DNA of 63,381 nucleotides, counting the filler, from Asterionella formosa (Eukaryota): assembly GCA_002256025.1 (NCBI GenBank). It is 7 parts of 7 records of this genome, joined end to end, with 100 filler letters (N's around TTAATTAATTAA, not from the genome) between each part and the next. Parts side by side here need not be neighbours in the genome. Positions count along the whole stretch, not along the records: positions 1 to 27,253 come from NKIB01001558.1; positions 27,354 to 54,566 come from NKIB01001568.1; 5 more parts are not named here. One strand, written 5' to 3'. Below the pieces are notes generated by a model. It made no database searches. It had not been told where the DNA came from and was given only the letters and a program-made list of their open reading frames with translations. Shown here piece after piece: positions 23,586 to 36,660 of the stretch. How positions within the stretch are numbered: the first letter of the stretch is position 1; every line of letters starts with the position of its first letter. The position numbers were made by a program, and so were the translations under genes.

Positions 23586-24366
23586 GCTTTCGATGTTTCT
23601 TCGTGGAATCTTACGGCTCCCTTGAGCGTTCGCTGAATCGTGAAAGGTTCGATGTGGGCTCACGACAACAAAGCAAAGGATCACGAGGGCAAACCAGATT
23701 CGACCACCATGAAAATGTTAAATGAAGTACCGGCTGTTAGAGAAATTATTTTAGGAGACATACCGGTATGAAAATTACCTGGTAGAAAAAAATATATTGA
23801 ATCAAATGAATCAAAAAGAATACGGTATCAAGATGAAAATTCGACAACAAAGCACCACAAGGGACTCATAATTCGATGAAATCTTTTTTCAGGAATGATT
23901 ACAAGTGATCTCAATCACACCGTTTTTTGCATCTACAGCCTATTTGGTCCCTGACATATCCTTAGAGCATCTCCACCATATTGACCAAATACCAAGTCAA
24001 TTGCAGTTGGTATACAAAACACATCATGATGTGTTGCATTGGTCGAAAATACGAAAATATGTTTGCCACTGCATTGGCCAAGTCCAATTTTGCTTTGGTC
24101 TTGGTAAACTACGACCCTCATTTAAACCAAATATTAGAGATTGGTCTAGATTAAGGCTTGCACTGTCAACATAACATCCTTGGTTTAATTAGTGTGCACG
24201 TAGTTACAATACATTTTCAGTACTATCTTCATATAGACAAATACAACCATCAGCATGTCAGCTCAGTGTCAACACATACATGTACGCATAATTTATTCAA
24301 CATCATCAACATTGTCAGGATAGGTTCAGGTGTTACATGGAAGAAGGAAGAGGATAAGGCTCACTT

Positions 24367-26563
24367 ATGGCTATCCCAAGCAAAATGCAGATGCATGAGG
24401 ATCCATTTTTCTTCAAACCATCTATTCTCAGCATATGTACAAAGGACGATATAACAGTAGAACAACAGCAACTTGCATTCAATTATGTAATACGCAACCC
24501 CGAAAGTGGTGATGATGGGAAGGAAGAAAACAACAGCATGCTCATTTTGAGGATTGTAGCTGTTAAATATCCGAGGAAGGATGGCAATGTAGTAATTGAT
24601 GAAATTTTCACAAAGGTGATGACACCTTCTGCCAATAAAAGAAAATGCGACTTTGGTGAAGAAGCAAGGAATATTGACAATAAAGCAGACGATTCTCGTC
24701 GTTCTGACTCACTTTATGATAGCAATCAACCTCGTGTTCCTGGATTTGTCGATTGGTGGATGTCTACGATTGTACGCTGGATGCATGTTGTTGGATTCAG
24801 GTACCAAAAACAGAGCCAAACAATATTTTGTAGATGGTCATGAGAATGCCACAACTTTGGAGTACAGACCAGCATATACAAAGAGGTATCTTGATTTGGA
24901 GGTACAGGCACACAGATGGATTCAGTTCAGTATTGATCAGTCTAAGATACTAGAGGTACAAGTTTATGTTGCAAAAGATACAGGCTATCACTAGAGCAGT
25001 TCTGGTGTAGACATGGTAGAATATCATGTTGATAATGTTGGGAAAATGCCAGATGTTCAGTATGGCGGCAACCTAAGTTTCAGAGAGTGTCTCGATGACC
25101 CTGTGGTTGTTTTTTCGGACAAGATGAGGCCATCTTCAAGCAATTCCTCCTGCCATCTAAGATGTGGGCTGGACCTAGTGGTGAGAGACCACTTCCACCT
25201 AAAGATGAGGTTTCCGGTTTAATGATAAGTTCCCTGCTCTGTCGAGAACATGGACTGATTAGGGAACTAGACATTTATCTTCTAACTCAAGTCAATCATT
25301 CTACACTACATTCTAAGTATGCTGACGAAGAAGCTGCTATAGGAGTCTATGGAAGTGCAATAAAAAAAGATCTAAAAAAATCTCCTTTTCTGGTTTACTT
25401 TGAGTATGGAGAGAGTAAGGAGGGATACTGGAATTTTGCACACATGGTGTGTCAGTTCGAAGATTGTGTAAATGTCCTCAAGATACTACACCCAACTTAC
25501 CATTTTGTATTCCTCTTCGACCAATCATCTGGTCGCTTAAAGCAACGCCCTGATGGTCTTAATGCAACCCGAATGAACAAGTCATTTGGAGGAAGGAACA
25601 TGTTGATGAGAGAAACGAAAATAGAAACAGTACAAGGATACTACCTGGGAACTTACAATTCAATTCTACATCCAGGCGATACTCATGCCTTACTTTTCTA
25701 CAATCAGATCAGGGTCCATTTTGGCTCACCCCTACTCAAGCTGAATTATGTCGCCATGATGTTGTGATTGGAACAAAAAATGCTGACCGAAATCGGCTGT
25801 CATTGACAATGGACCTGCTAAGCAAAGGAGTTAACGCGAAAGGTAAAAGCAAAAGAGAGTTAGTCAAACTATGTACAAAGAATGCCATTGAAACCAAAGA
25901 ACTAATTGAAAGAAAGAAAGAAGGTTGGGTGGGTGGGTGGGTAGGTCGAAGGTTTTGATACAGGTGTTATGGTAGAGAGGATTCATTGATGAGACGAGCA
26001 TTAAAAAAAAGACTTGCTGGAATTTCGGAATCGTTGACAATTCTACAAGCTTAAGACACATGATGACCATGTGCTCCGACTTCCTTCATGAGCTAGGAAT
26101 GATGGAATTCATTGGACAAAAGGTTGGAGTGGAAGTTATTCTAACTCCAAAATGCCATGCAGAACTTCCAGGCGAAGGAGTTGAGTACATGTGGGCATGC
26201 TCCAAGAACCACTATCGAAATTTATCCCTGAAGGAAAAGAAATGAAAGACAAATCTTTCTGCTGAAGCAGTTAGAAAATGTTTGTTGGTCGATGTGATTA
26301 CATTGATGCAAATAAGAAAATTTGCAAAACGAGCGAGACAATATTTGATTGCTTACCATGCAATTGATAGTGGTCAAGTCAACATAATACACTCACAAAG
26401 CGACAGACATGGACCTGTTGCAGTTGAGAAGAAGATTGGCAAGTTCAGAACTCATCGTTGCGCAATGGACTTTGATTTTAAGTTTGTAATCAGAATTGAC
26501 GATGATGATTTATTATCAATATTTAATGATGAACCAGTAACTATTTCTTATGAAGGGAAATAA
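24367..26563 (+). pseudogene. IS630-Tc1-mariner-type DD(E) transposase pseudogene with long D-to-E spacing
   Basis: Motifs across frameshifts: FGQDEAIFKQF (~25114-25146), PKDE..LMIS, EYGESKEGYW, FVFLFDQSSG, LTPKCHAELPGEGVEYMWA.SK..YR, FAKRARQYL.AY, THRCAMDFD. Confidence 0.8.
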
Positions 26564-26648
26564 ACATCTAATATGATGACTCTTCTTTGATGTATGCAAA
26601 ACAAATATTTGGTGAAACTAAATTCTAACATACTACCAGGTACAAGGT

Positions 26649-27253
26649 ACGGGCGGCTACCCAATTGATATTACGGACAAGGACGGACGCGATGGAGTTA
26701 GTATATCAGGCGAGCACCGGATGATACAAACCACGCGACACGAATCGAAGGAGTCGAATCTGAGAATTCAATATAGCGACAACGCGACTATTAAGTTCTA
26801 GCTTTTAGAGTTGAATCGAACAACCAAGAGTCGGCAGCTAAGACAAGGGAAGACAAGAGCAACCACGCGAGGTTAAACAAGTGAATTAGTGCAAGGGTGA
26901 AGCACACAATTCTTTGAATAACGATTCAGAGAAGCAGTCTAAAGCATCGCCAAGCCTTTCGCAATTTATAGTCTAAAATCACCCACCCTACGTCCCTCCC
27001 ACGGCAAAAGCGCAACTCGACTGCCGCTGAACCCGGAGATTGGATCCGCATTTTGAACCCGGATTCTGGGAAAGGGACACGTTTACTTAGCACCGAATTC
27101 AAAAACCATTTATGCTACTTCTACTTAGTATTTCTGGCTCGCTATTCTAGTATTTGATGGGTCGATTTATATATTGCAGCTAAGTACCCACAAAGTTAGT
27201 ACTACACAGACTACATATGGAGAAAGACGAAACGGACGAGACGGTAATTGTGT
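26649..27253. mobile_element. Possible LTR or retroelement terminus truncated by the contig end
   Basis: Abrupt switch to CpG-rich non-coding sequence starting tattacggac, with a minus-strand TATAAAT (26964-26970). No second copy or TSD is visible. Confidence 0.3.
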
Positions 27254-27353
27254 NNNNNNNNNNNNNNNNNNNNNNNNNNNNNNNNNNNNNNNNNNNNTTA
27301 ATTAATTAANNNNNNNNNNNNNNNNNNNNNNNNNNNNNNNNNNNNNNNNNNNN
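27254..27353. other. Artificial contig linker (N44-TTAATTAATTAA-N44); also at 54567-54666, 56327-56426, 58091-58190, 59855-59954, 61619-61718
   Basis: Identical 100-bp spacer with a six-frame stop sequence, occurring six times. Confidence 0.98.
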
Positions 27354-27758
27354 TGTATTTGTTGTAGTCACGTGATCATTTTCCTATTCTATTGCCTAGT
27401 ACGTGCTGGACGAGTGATAGTAGAATGTACGGGTAGTGACAGCCAAAGCCAAAGTATTTGCACAGCTAGTATATGTCGTAGTCACGTGATCATTTTCGTA
27501 TTCTATTGCCTAGTACCTTGTCATGAATTCCCGGACCAGGTACCAGGGTACCAGGTACCTGGTACTGGTACCTGTAACTAGATAGCGGGCATGTCTCTAT
27601 GCACATGACTCAATCTGTTCAATTCTCGACTCAGTGGTTTTCGTTCTTTGGTGTTGTGGCTGAACATTACCACACACGGCCGCTATATTGATTGTATTGT
27701 GCTTCTTTGATGCACACCATAATAATCTTTGTGTATATTATATAGATGTCAATAAAAG

Positions 27759-28060
27759 CACTGCCCTGCAGGCGTATTTTCGGTTATTTTATCAGTGACA
27801 ACGGAAATGATACCCGCGTGAAAACGTCAGTATCACTGATACCGTTTTTGGAGGGGGCAAAAAAAGGTATCAATTTTGTATCAATGATACAAAATTGATA
27901 CCATCAAGTTACCGTTGCTGATACCGTGTTTTGATACCAACCGTCATTTTTTGCCCACAACCCGGAAATGATACAGCAAATTCGGAATGATAAGAACGAC
28001 CCTTAGCGTACAATACCCTTGATCCTATGTTAATGATAGTTTTTATTTACAGACGATGAC
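27759..28060 (+). mobile_element. Putative DNA-transposon end (CACTG terminus) with clustered TGATAC/GTATCA motifs and an 18-bp-arm palindrome
   Basis: CACTG at 27759. Multiple TGATAC/GTATCA motifs at 27808-27974. Palindrome at 27866-27902. 28000-28057 matches 1793-1846. Confidence 0.45.
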
Positions 28061-29119
28061 AATTTGAATTGTTTGGTGCATCTAGGGATGATGCAGTACT
28101 TACGGGCAAGGTGAAATACTTGATCATAATGTTCATCCACATTTGCATCTTTTCTTGGGTCACAGACTTGACATAATCCATCATTTATAGCAAAAGATAA
28201 TGCACAAATTGGTTGTTTTCCTCCTCATCTGATCTTTTGCAATAAACAATTAGCACATAGTTACTGTCATGATGAAGTGGATGACAATCACCTTGGTATA
28301 TATACAGTTTGTAATAAAAGTTTCTTTATTTTCTTTTCCGAAAACATAAGGTCATGTAGTGTAAATGACGGAAGTAAGTCACATTTCTTGTTTGACTGAT
28401 ACTTTCCATGAAATCCATGAAATGACATTTGGGATGTTGTCAAAGGGCCAGAAGACTACTATGATGTAAAACAATGATAGGGAAATGCGGAGCTTTTCCA
28501 GCGCTTGTGGTGGTGCAACTGGTGTGATTGTAACTGAGTGTAGTAATTCTTGAACAGGAGCACAGTTTAATATTTTGCGCCAGCAACACGAGCTGTAGTG
28601 TTTACACAATATACATACCAAGGAAAAACGACACAACGATGCATATGATGGCTGACTGTGGATATGTGATATGCATCAATCCATATCAAAAATCATATTT
28701 TGGTGATGTATATATATCAATGCACCAGTATACTCAGATCCTATTCGCGATAAAATAATATCATACCAACTATTTGCTTTTACTGTATACATTTAAAGTC
28801 GAATATATAAATATTAACATATATACTTATGATCGATCAATCTTCTCTCTATGAACATCATATTTTATTATCATTGTATTATTTTAACATAATCATTTTT
28901 TAATTAGAAATGTATTGTTAACATTTTAATAAATCATCATAGTTTTATGATCAATGTATCATAGCTATGTAATAAACATTATTCAATATTACACATCATA
29001 TTTTGGTGATGCAGCTATGTATCGAAGTAACCCTGTCGTAATATCACATTATCATCTTTTCAAACATTCAATGTTGATTGGGAACTGTATACTGCATTGT
29101 ACTACGGAGTATGGTAAGT

Positions 29120-29420
29120 CACTGCTGTGGTTTGAGGCAACAACGGACAGTTCCAATGAGCAAATGACGATTTGGGTACCAGTTTTTCCAGCGGCAAACC
29201 ACAATGATAAAGGACACTTGTTTTTTCAACACCAGAGAATACTACAAGAACAGCATCCCAAATGCGGAAATGAGTGATATGAAAAAGAAATTCTATTGGC
29301 AAGATTGTAATGCTGGTGGTCGACGAAACGGATTTACTATGTGCGCTGTGTGCTGAACCATTCTGAGTTTGTATGATTTCTTCTCTGTAAACTCTTAATT
29401 TAATGATTATGAACATAGGT
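29120..29420 (+). repeat. Dispersed repeat related to 60745-60840 and 61310-61492
   Basis: Shared ggtttgaggcaac..gacag..ttccaa.gagc.aatgac, tttccagcggcaaacc.caatgataaa and ctgtaaactcttaatt.aatgattatgaac. Confidence 0.7.
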
Positions 29421-30215
29421 TCACTGCACGTGATGATTACTCAAAGATAAAATAATCACTTGACCAACAATTGAAGACGTTATCGCAAACAATCATTCCA
29501 CTTGTCATTGCCAGTATTTCGTCATTGTTGCAAAAATCGGCATGAGGACCGATGAAGATGATGGGCCATAGTATATTACTTTAGCTGGCACATTATCCTA
29601 CCAAGAAATTTAAATAAAGGAACCTAATAGAAACAATACATATAATAATTAAATATACATAGTCAAAACGGTTACTTCTTAAATTACGAGGGCATTTATC
29701 AAAATTATTATATGATACAACAAAAAATTATGATCAGATGATCATAATCCTATGATGCATCATAGGAATATGATGGTTTTTATTTGCAAACGAAAGGAAC
29801 AGAACAGTCTACCTGTATGCAACAGCAAGCAAAGGATGCTGCAAACAGGATTATTTCTTGTCTTTAAATTAGATCACAATAATTTATCAAGGAAGCATTC
29901 GTTTTTCAGTTCTTCTCTGTTGCTGTGCCCAAACTGAGTTGTGCTTTTCCCTCCTCCAAATTTCTATCTAGCATGCACCTCAGAAAGACACGTAACCTAG
30001 CCCTCTTTTGAATAGCAAGATGAAATATATAAATAGAAAATTTTCAAAATTTACCTTGCTTCAGCTTTGTAGGCTTTACAAATCTAGAATTCGACCATGT
30101 CACTGGCCTGCTTTCATTCATGTCGACTCAATTTATTGAGCTCGATACCTAACCGCCTTAGCTTGAACACATCACACTCAACGTTTTGCGTCACTTTGAC
30201 TGAGAGATAGATATT

Positions 30216-32157
30216 TTAGACATCTGCATTCTTCTCTTTGCGAGAGCCCGGCGCCTTCAGAGGTGCAATGTTCATCTTTGTCAACATTCGCGTGAACTCA
30301 TGAATGTCGATCATGCCATTGCCATCCTTATCATACTTCCCAAAGAGATTCTGGACAGCTTCGTCATCGACAATGTAGGTAGTTTGGAAGGCACGACTCG
30401 GCTCACCTAGCACAGGAACATCCTCATCAATCTGGGCTGCAAGATATCGCTGAACACGCCAAGCAACTTTCTCAATGAAGTCTTCTGTCGTAAATCCAGT
30501 AGGCCCAGACATGTCCCTGGTACCTTGTCCATAACGGAAGGTGTTGTGAATAGCTTTTCTGAGTGTTACTGTGAAGTTGAAGACCTTTGCCTTGACGTCT
30601 TGCTTTTCCTGGTCATCAGGATAGGCATCAGCCTGCAAAGTGGCAGCATGCTGCATGGCGCCAATCATGGCCTCTACAAGACCCAACGGGTTCAAGGATG
30701 TCTCCTTTCCCGCAAGGTGATCATGCCAGAGATCTGACACTGTTCCATGAGACGCCTCAAACTCCTTAATAAGAGTTCCCTTGTCGGAGACCCCTACAAG
30801 ATTAGATGTGATGAATCCAGGGGAACGGTGTACCTGGGCAATCTGATCAGTCAACATATCGCCATCGTAGTTGTGAGCGGCCATGCCGAAGCCACCATCG
30901 GTCCAACGAATCAACTGCATGGTAGCAGCATCAGAAATCAGATGCGACAGTTCTCCACCTGTCTTATTCATAAGTCCAGCCTTGTTGAAATCCTCCTTAT
31001 AATCTGCATCGAAGACATCTTTCATTGTTGACCAGAAGCCCTCTTGCCACTTGAAGACTGTTTTCTTAGTGACGATGTAAGGTGTGACCTTGGCTTCCAA
31101 ACAACGCTTGAAAAAAATGTGAGCTAACTCCTTGACGTTGTCATAAGGGTTGTGGTAAACGACAGCAACGTTATGGTCGTCTGTCAAATCCCTTTTGTCA
31201 ACAACAAACGGAGCAGTTCCATCCTTTGGGATGTACGTTGTTAGCAGAGTTCCAGCTCCGACTTTGGCAAAGCCTGCTCCATATTCACCTCCAACAGCGT
31301 GGCGCTCAAAAAAGACCGGGTTCTTGTATCCCAGTTCAATTCCCTCGATGTGAATAGTATCACGACTGATAGTGATTCCATTCCATCCTTTTCGCATGGC
31401 TCCATTTGGTGACCCAAATGCCTTGCTCAATCCAAACGCCTTGACTTGCTCGGTGTTGGGAGTAATAGTTGGTTCCTTGAAGATGGCACCCATTCTGGCA
31501 CCAGCCTCTACGGCGTCGCGAAGGACTTGGTCGTTAGTGGCATCCCGAGACTTGCACGATAAGTCAAAAACCTCCCACGAAGATGTATCAAAGTACGGCT
31601 CAATCCAATCTTTGACGATTAAGTTGCAAGCATAATGGGTCATTTCCTCTCCGGCGATGTACACCATAGGAGGAGCCATGACCTTTTGACCCAAAATAAG
31701 ACTAGAATTGGTTTGAAGGAATCGGTAGCCAAAGCGAGCAAGGTTGGTTGGAGCTGTGAAGAGGTGAGATGGAAATGTGAGGGCAAATTACTTAGTGCAA
31801 AGCAGTACTTCACGAAGAAATATTGCGAAAAATCTAGACAGGGCGAAAATTTGGATTCACACACTCGCTTCCACCACCGTTGGTTGTCACCTTGGCACGG
31901 TCTTCATCACAGCATAAACCTACTTTCGATACTAATATCCTGATTGTCCACTTCACGGCACTACAGCATGCGCATTGATCACTGGTCAAACAAAAGCACC
32001 GCATTATACTGCATGTCAAATGAGGGACCACACCAAGTTCCAAACCTTCCAGGTCACAAGCAGGTTTTGAATAATTCATCTTACCGACAGAAACAGTCAG
32101 CATGGAACGCTGAGAGACGCCATGTATAGCACGGAAGGCAGTGATACGAAGAGCCAT
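30216..32157 (-). CDS. IDH: Mitochondrial type II isocitrate dehydrogenase, probably NAD+-preferring, with a C-terminal EF-hand. Exons 32157-32085 and 31753-30216 (536 aa)
   Basis: Motifs GEEMT, PTITP, SPNGAMR, TKKTVFK, HNYDGD and EFEASHGTV. Arg-rich, acid-free presequence MALRITAFRAIHG. GTAAG...CAG intron 31754-32084 keeps the frame. EF loop DKDGNGMIDIHE. Confidence 0.93.
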
Positions 32158-32480
32158 TGCTTGATTAAATAGCCAATGTTTCGTTCCTTGTTTTCCAATG
32201 GGTCAGTTATTTGAGCAACACGCAATAGTAAATGCCGGTAATGCAGAGCACAAACAATTTCTTTTGCCTCCTTGCGAATTTGCAAAAATTGAAGTACCAG
32301 GTTCCGATATGCGATGGCGGATAGGAAGACTTTCTGTTGGGGTTCGCATCCTTGTGGGGATGGCAAGAAGCAAACCGCAGATGTCCCTGTCTGTGAGTCC
32401 GACCAATAACTACCTGGTGGTTTACGGTGCATACCATCAGGTAGGTAGGTACCAGGTACCAGGTACGTAGTATCAGCCTA

Positions 32481-33392
32481 CTCTCTCTGTCCAATAATAC
32501 CGGTAGTTGTATCACTTCTTCGACTTTCTCCAGGGCCATTTTGAGTTGACAATTTTCTCCGGCTCAATAACCCTATTGTGCGTAATCTAATAAGCTAACA
32601 GATCTATGAAAAAAATATATGCATGTAGTAAAATTCAAAATTGGCAGCTACATTTCAAGAAAATGTTTTTGGGCTTTTCAATTTTCACTTATGGCCATCT
32701 TGAGCAAAATGCAGATTCATGAGGACCAATTTTTCGTCCAAAAATCTATTCTATACATACATACGCACATAAATACATACATACATGCATACGTACTTAA
32801 ATATATAAATTAGATAAATAAATACATACATACATACATACATACAGACAGACAGACATACATACAAAGTAGGCAGGATATAACAGTAGAATGACAGCAA
32901 CTTGCTTTCAATTATGGAATGTACAACCCAAAAATTGCAATGATGAGAAGAAAGAAAATGATGGTATCCTCATTTTGATAATTGGAAAAATTAAATATCC
33001 AGTGGTATGGTCAATGCAGATATAACAATAATAGTAATTATTCAGAATGACTGTGATTCAAGTTATGTACTTATATTGATAGTGACATGCTCTATTCAGT
33101 TTTCCGCAAATATTTGAATGGCCAGCTGATTAAATATGGCATTTGGCAATATGTACATGTACCAAATGAATATATTTATGTTGATTTAGCTTAACTTTTT
33201 TAAAAGCTAATTACTTAATTACAGAAACATAGTTTATGTTTACTACATCTATGAAACTCAGAAAAAACATTTTTCGAGTAAGCTGACACTCACGTAGAAA
33301 TTTGGCATGTAGCCTATGTAATCTTTCCTAAAATAAGCTGCTCGGCACTGAGTGTTCCGATAATCGATGCAACTTTTATTGGACAGAGGGAG
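32481..33392 (+). mobile_element. Stowaway-like (Tc1/mariner-type) non-autonomous element with TA TSD
   Basis: TIRs ctctctctgtccaataa / ttattggacagagggag, flanked by TA on both sides. Interior 32684-33000 is homologous to the 5' part of the transposase locus at 24361-24572. Contains a (TACA)n microsatellite. Confidence 0.85.
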
Positions 33393-33397
33393 TACCT

Positions 33398-34108
33398 GGA
33401 GGGTCCGATTGCGCATGTTTTGTGCACACCTTTTCCTTTACGACTCACTCCCAATGACTCTTCTTCCCAAACTTTCCAGAAGAGATAGGCCAGCTTTCGA
33501 TGGAAATAATATATCTTAAGTAATTTAGGAAAACGTTACTCTTTTGAAAAATGATCAACGATTTGCAGAAGACTCAGAAAATGACTCGGATTTCTTGCTG
33601 CCTGATTTTGTAGTGCGTTCAGCAAACCGTGCGTCTTCTGGCTTCAGAATACAAATAGGAATCATTTTCCATTTAAAACTTGCTGAAAATGAGTAGAAAT
33701 TGCTGATAGTCATAAGAATTTTGCTGAGCGAAAGCGACCAGAACTTGCTCATGACGACGAGAGTTTGCTGTCAATGACTAGATTTTCAGAATGACCCTTA
33801 TTCAAATGAAGTATACTATAATACATGAATACAAACGACTAGTCCCACCTGATAGCCGTACTAATGATATGAACAGACGTAACATTTCTTCTATATACAT
33901 TGTCACAGTCACTATAGGTGAACACAATATCAATGATCAGAACGAGACTTCTTTGATTTGATGAATGATAATTTAACGGCATAGAAAGTTACTCAAGAGT
34001 GTTTGGAATTAAAATCCAGCCTATCCCGCCTGATAGGCATGGGACGAATTATTGGGAATGAGTCGAAACTGAAAAAATGCGCATAAAACGTGCCCTAACG
34101 GGCCTTCC
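33398..34108. mobile_element. MITE with ~95-bp diverged terminal inverted repeats
   Basis: ggagggtccgattgcgcatgttttgtgc...cgactcactcccaat...gataggccag versus the reverse complement of 34017-34108 (ggaaggcccgttagggcacgttttatgc...cgactcattcccaat...gataggctgg). Confidence 0.65.
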
Positions 34109-34812
34109 TGCAAGTTGCGTTCAATTTGCTGAAATTGATAACGTGACACAGGACAGGCGTTTAAATAAAATTTGACTACAAATTGCTACTGTCATCATCA
34201 ATGAACTCACTTCGCTTCAGACTAGGCATGAAGATGATTGGCATGGCTGGTGAAAGTTGGATTGCCGCAGTCAATTTTCAGGAGACCAACAAAAACGAGG
34301 TGAACACTAGATAGACCCCCTGACAATTTAGGCAATCCTAGGCATGAAATTCCGAGGTTAAATTGGCCTAAATTGCCTATGAAAAACAAAACATATTTTA
34401 ATTCTCAGGGGAAATTTCGGACCCATTGCAAATTCGATGTGAAGATAGGAAATATACAAAATAGTTTTTCTAAGATGGACAATAGCCAGCTAGAAATGAC
34501 ATTAATGCTCAATGAGTATAGGCTTTTAGGTAAACAAATGGCACACTGATAAAGCCAGTAGCTTGTGAATCGCCTTCAGGAGTACCAGGGCGGTACTCCC
34601 CCCGCCCCCAACTTTTACGTGGAGTGCTAGGCTCCGCCAGGGTCAGAACAAGCGTCCACAGAGCTATCATAGTGAACAGATGCCTAGGTATTGTGACTAA
34701 AAATGCATGGTAATATATATGCCAATGCCGATAAACAGTATATATGTAGAATATATATATAAATATAGTCTCTACATTTCTGAACATTCCTGATTACATG
34801 TTACTAGAACCA

Positions 34813-35576
34813 CCACTTAAAAACTGTAAGCCACCGCTATGACGACTTTTGAACCATAAGGCACCGCTAAACGGAGTAAACGCACGGTTTGAACTTAGTT
34901 TGGAAGATACGTTAATTATTTTCAAGAAGGAATTGTTCAAATTTATATAGCGAGTAAATACGTACGTACTTGTATTTTTGCATTGTGTAAGTTGTTAACA
35001 ACTTATTGCCGCCCAAAGGTTGTTACTGTCGACACGAAATTGCGAAAAATGGAAAATTTCATGTTAACTCTATTGAGCTGCCTGGCATCGTCTTTTCTAC
35101 ACGTGCACATGTACATGGACAATAATATTAATATTCTTCCCATAGAATTAATTTAGCATTATTAAATGCGTGTACGATGTCATTGTGCTTTCGAATACAT
35201 TATTCATCTGAAGAATTTGGTGATGATGCAAGCGCAAAAAGCATACTGCATCGCGCATTAAAGGTAAAGTAACACGAACATAATTTCTGTAGTATAAACG
35301 GAGTAAAAATAATCACGGTTTGGGGCGAAAATATACTCATCTATGGATGAAAAATATGCACTGTAAGCCACCGCTATGCAGAAATCTTAATGACTTAAAA
35401 AAATTAAATCTTCATTGCTTTTTTCTCTGAATTGAAACTGATTACTTATTCGAAGAATAGAGGGCATCGTGAAACATACACTTCGTACTTGCATCAGGTT
35501 TCGATTGTAATTTTACTTGAAAATTTTTTAGTCGGAAGATGGAGTAAAATAACGGTGGCTTACAATTTTTAAGTGG
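34813..35576. mobile_element. MITE with 28-bp TIRs and CCA...TGG termini
   Basis: ccacttaaaaactgtaagccaccgctat versus reverse complement ccacttaaaaattgtaagccaccgttat (26/28). Right flank TA, left flank CA. Internal copy of ctgtaagccaccgctatg at 35362. Confidence 0.85.
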
Positions 35577-35739
35577 TACCGTATGTCTACTGAATTGGTC
35601 CATTATCCTATCTATTATTATTAATTGTTATACCCTACATGCATGTGTGTTGTTGGAATATGAGGATGATTGCTGGTACCGGTATTAGTGGCGACATCAT
35701 GACAATGATAATATCCCTATTGTAAGCAGATGAATCATG

Positions 35740-36660
35740 AATTAGAAGTGCAAAAAGTAACGTCGATTTTTTAATCAACACTAAAAGGACAAGAAAGTTT
35801 GGGGTAAAACATTTTAGTTGGCATAGTAAAAATGACGTTCCTTCCTTCATTTTCTACCCAGAAGTAAGCTACTGATGTTATCTGAAGGTTACCTTTGTAA
35901 TTAATTCGCCTTCAAACTCCGCCGATGTTGAGCAATTGTCTTCCAAAAAGTCGCCAACGTCGGCATTTCAACCATCGCCAAAATTTTGCGTTTCAAATCT
36001 CTGGAAAAAATTAAAATATTGTCGAGGGTTGCGGAATTTCCTGGGAAATGGGAATTTTTAGGAGGATATCTTAAATAACAGTAAATCCCCTTGAATTATT
36101 TAAATTATTTGAAATTGGAGCACGTGCAATATACCATATTTTTACAAATGAAAATTCCTTCACAAAACTCCTTTTACGATGAGAAAGTATTGGTAAATAC
36201 TGATTCTGATTCCAATATTTTGGAGATAATTGGAAATGCCATTTTTCGACGTTTAGGACGATCATTGTTCAGCATTGAATGGATTTAAAGGGGAATTAAA
36301 TTCAGAGGTAACCTTCAAATAGCATCCTCACTTTATAACTTCTACCGAGAAATTGAAGAAAGAAGCTTACGTTCGGCCCCAAATTTTCTAGTCTTTTAGC
36401 ATAGTAAAAACTCAGAAGTTCCTTTCTGCAATTCCTCGCCAGATCTTTTATCCTGATATAATGTAGATTTTTTCACTTACTTAAAAACCCATCCTTTGAC
36501 TAATGACGGTATATTAGCGTATGGAAAGCAAATTGTGACAGCTCGTCCATGTAGAGTCAAATATCTATTTTCCTTTCGAAAAGTGTATGTTTGATAACTC
36601 TGAATCAATATTTTTTAACCCTGGCTACTAGATCTAGGCAGATTTTCAAATACAGGAAGG
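35740..36660. mobile_element. Old foldback-like element with long diverged inverted arms; right arm related to 11030-11295
   Basis: 35840-35920 pairs with 36280-36367 (gaaggttacctttg versus cagaggtaaccttc). 36400-36660 is a diverged reverse complement of 11030-11285. Confidence 0.6.
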
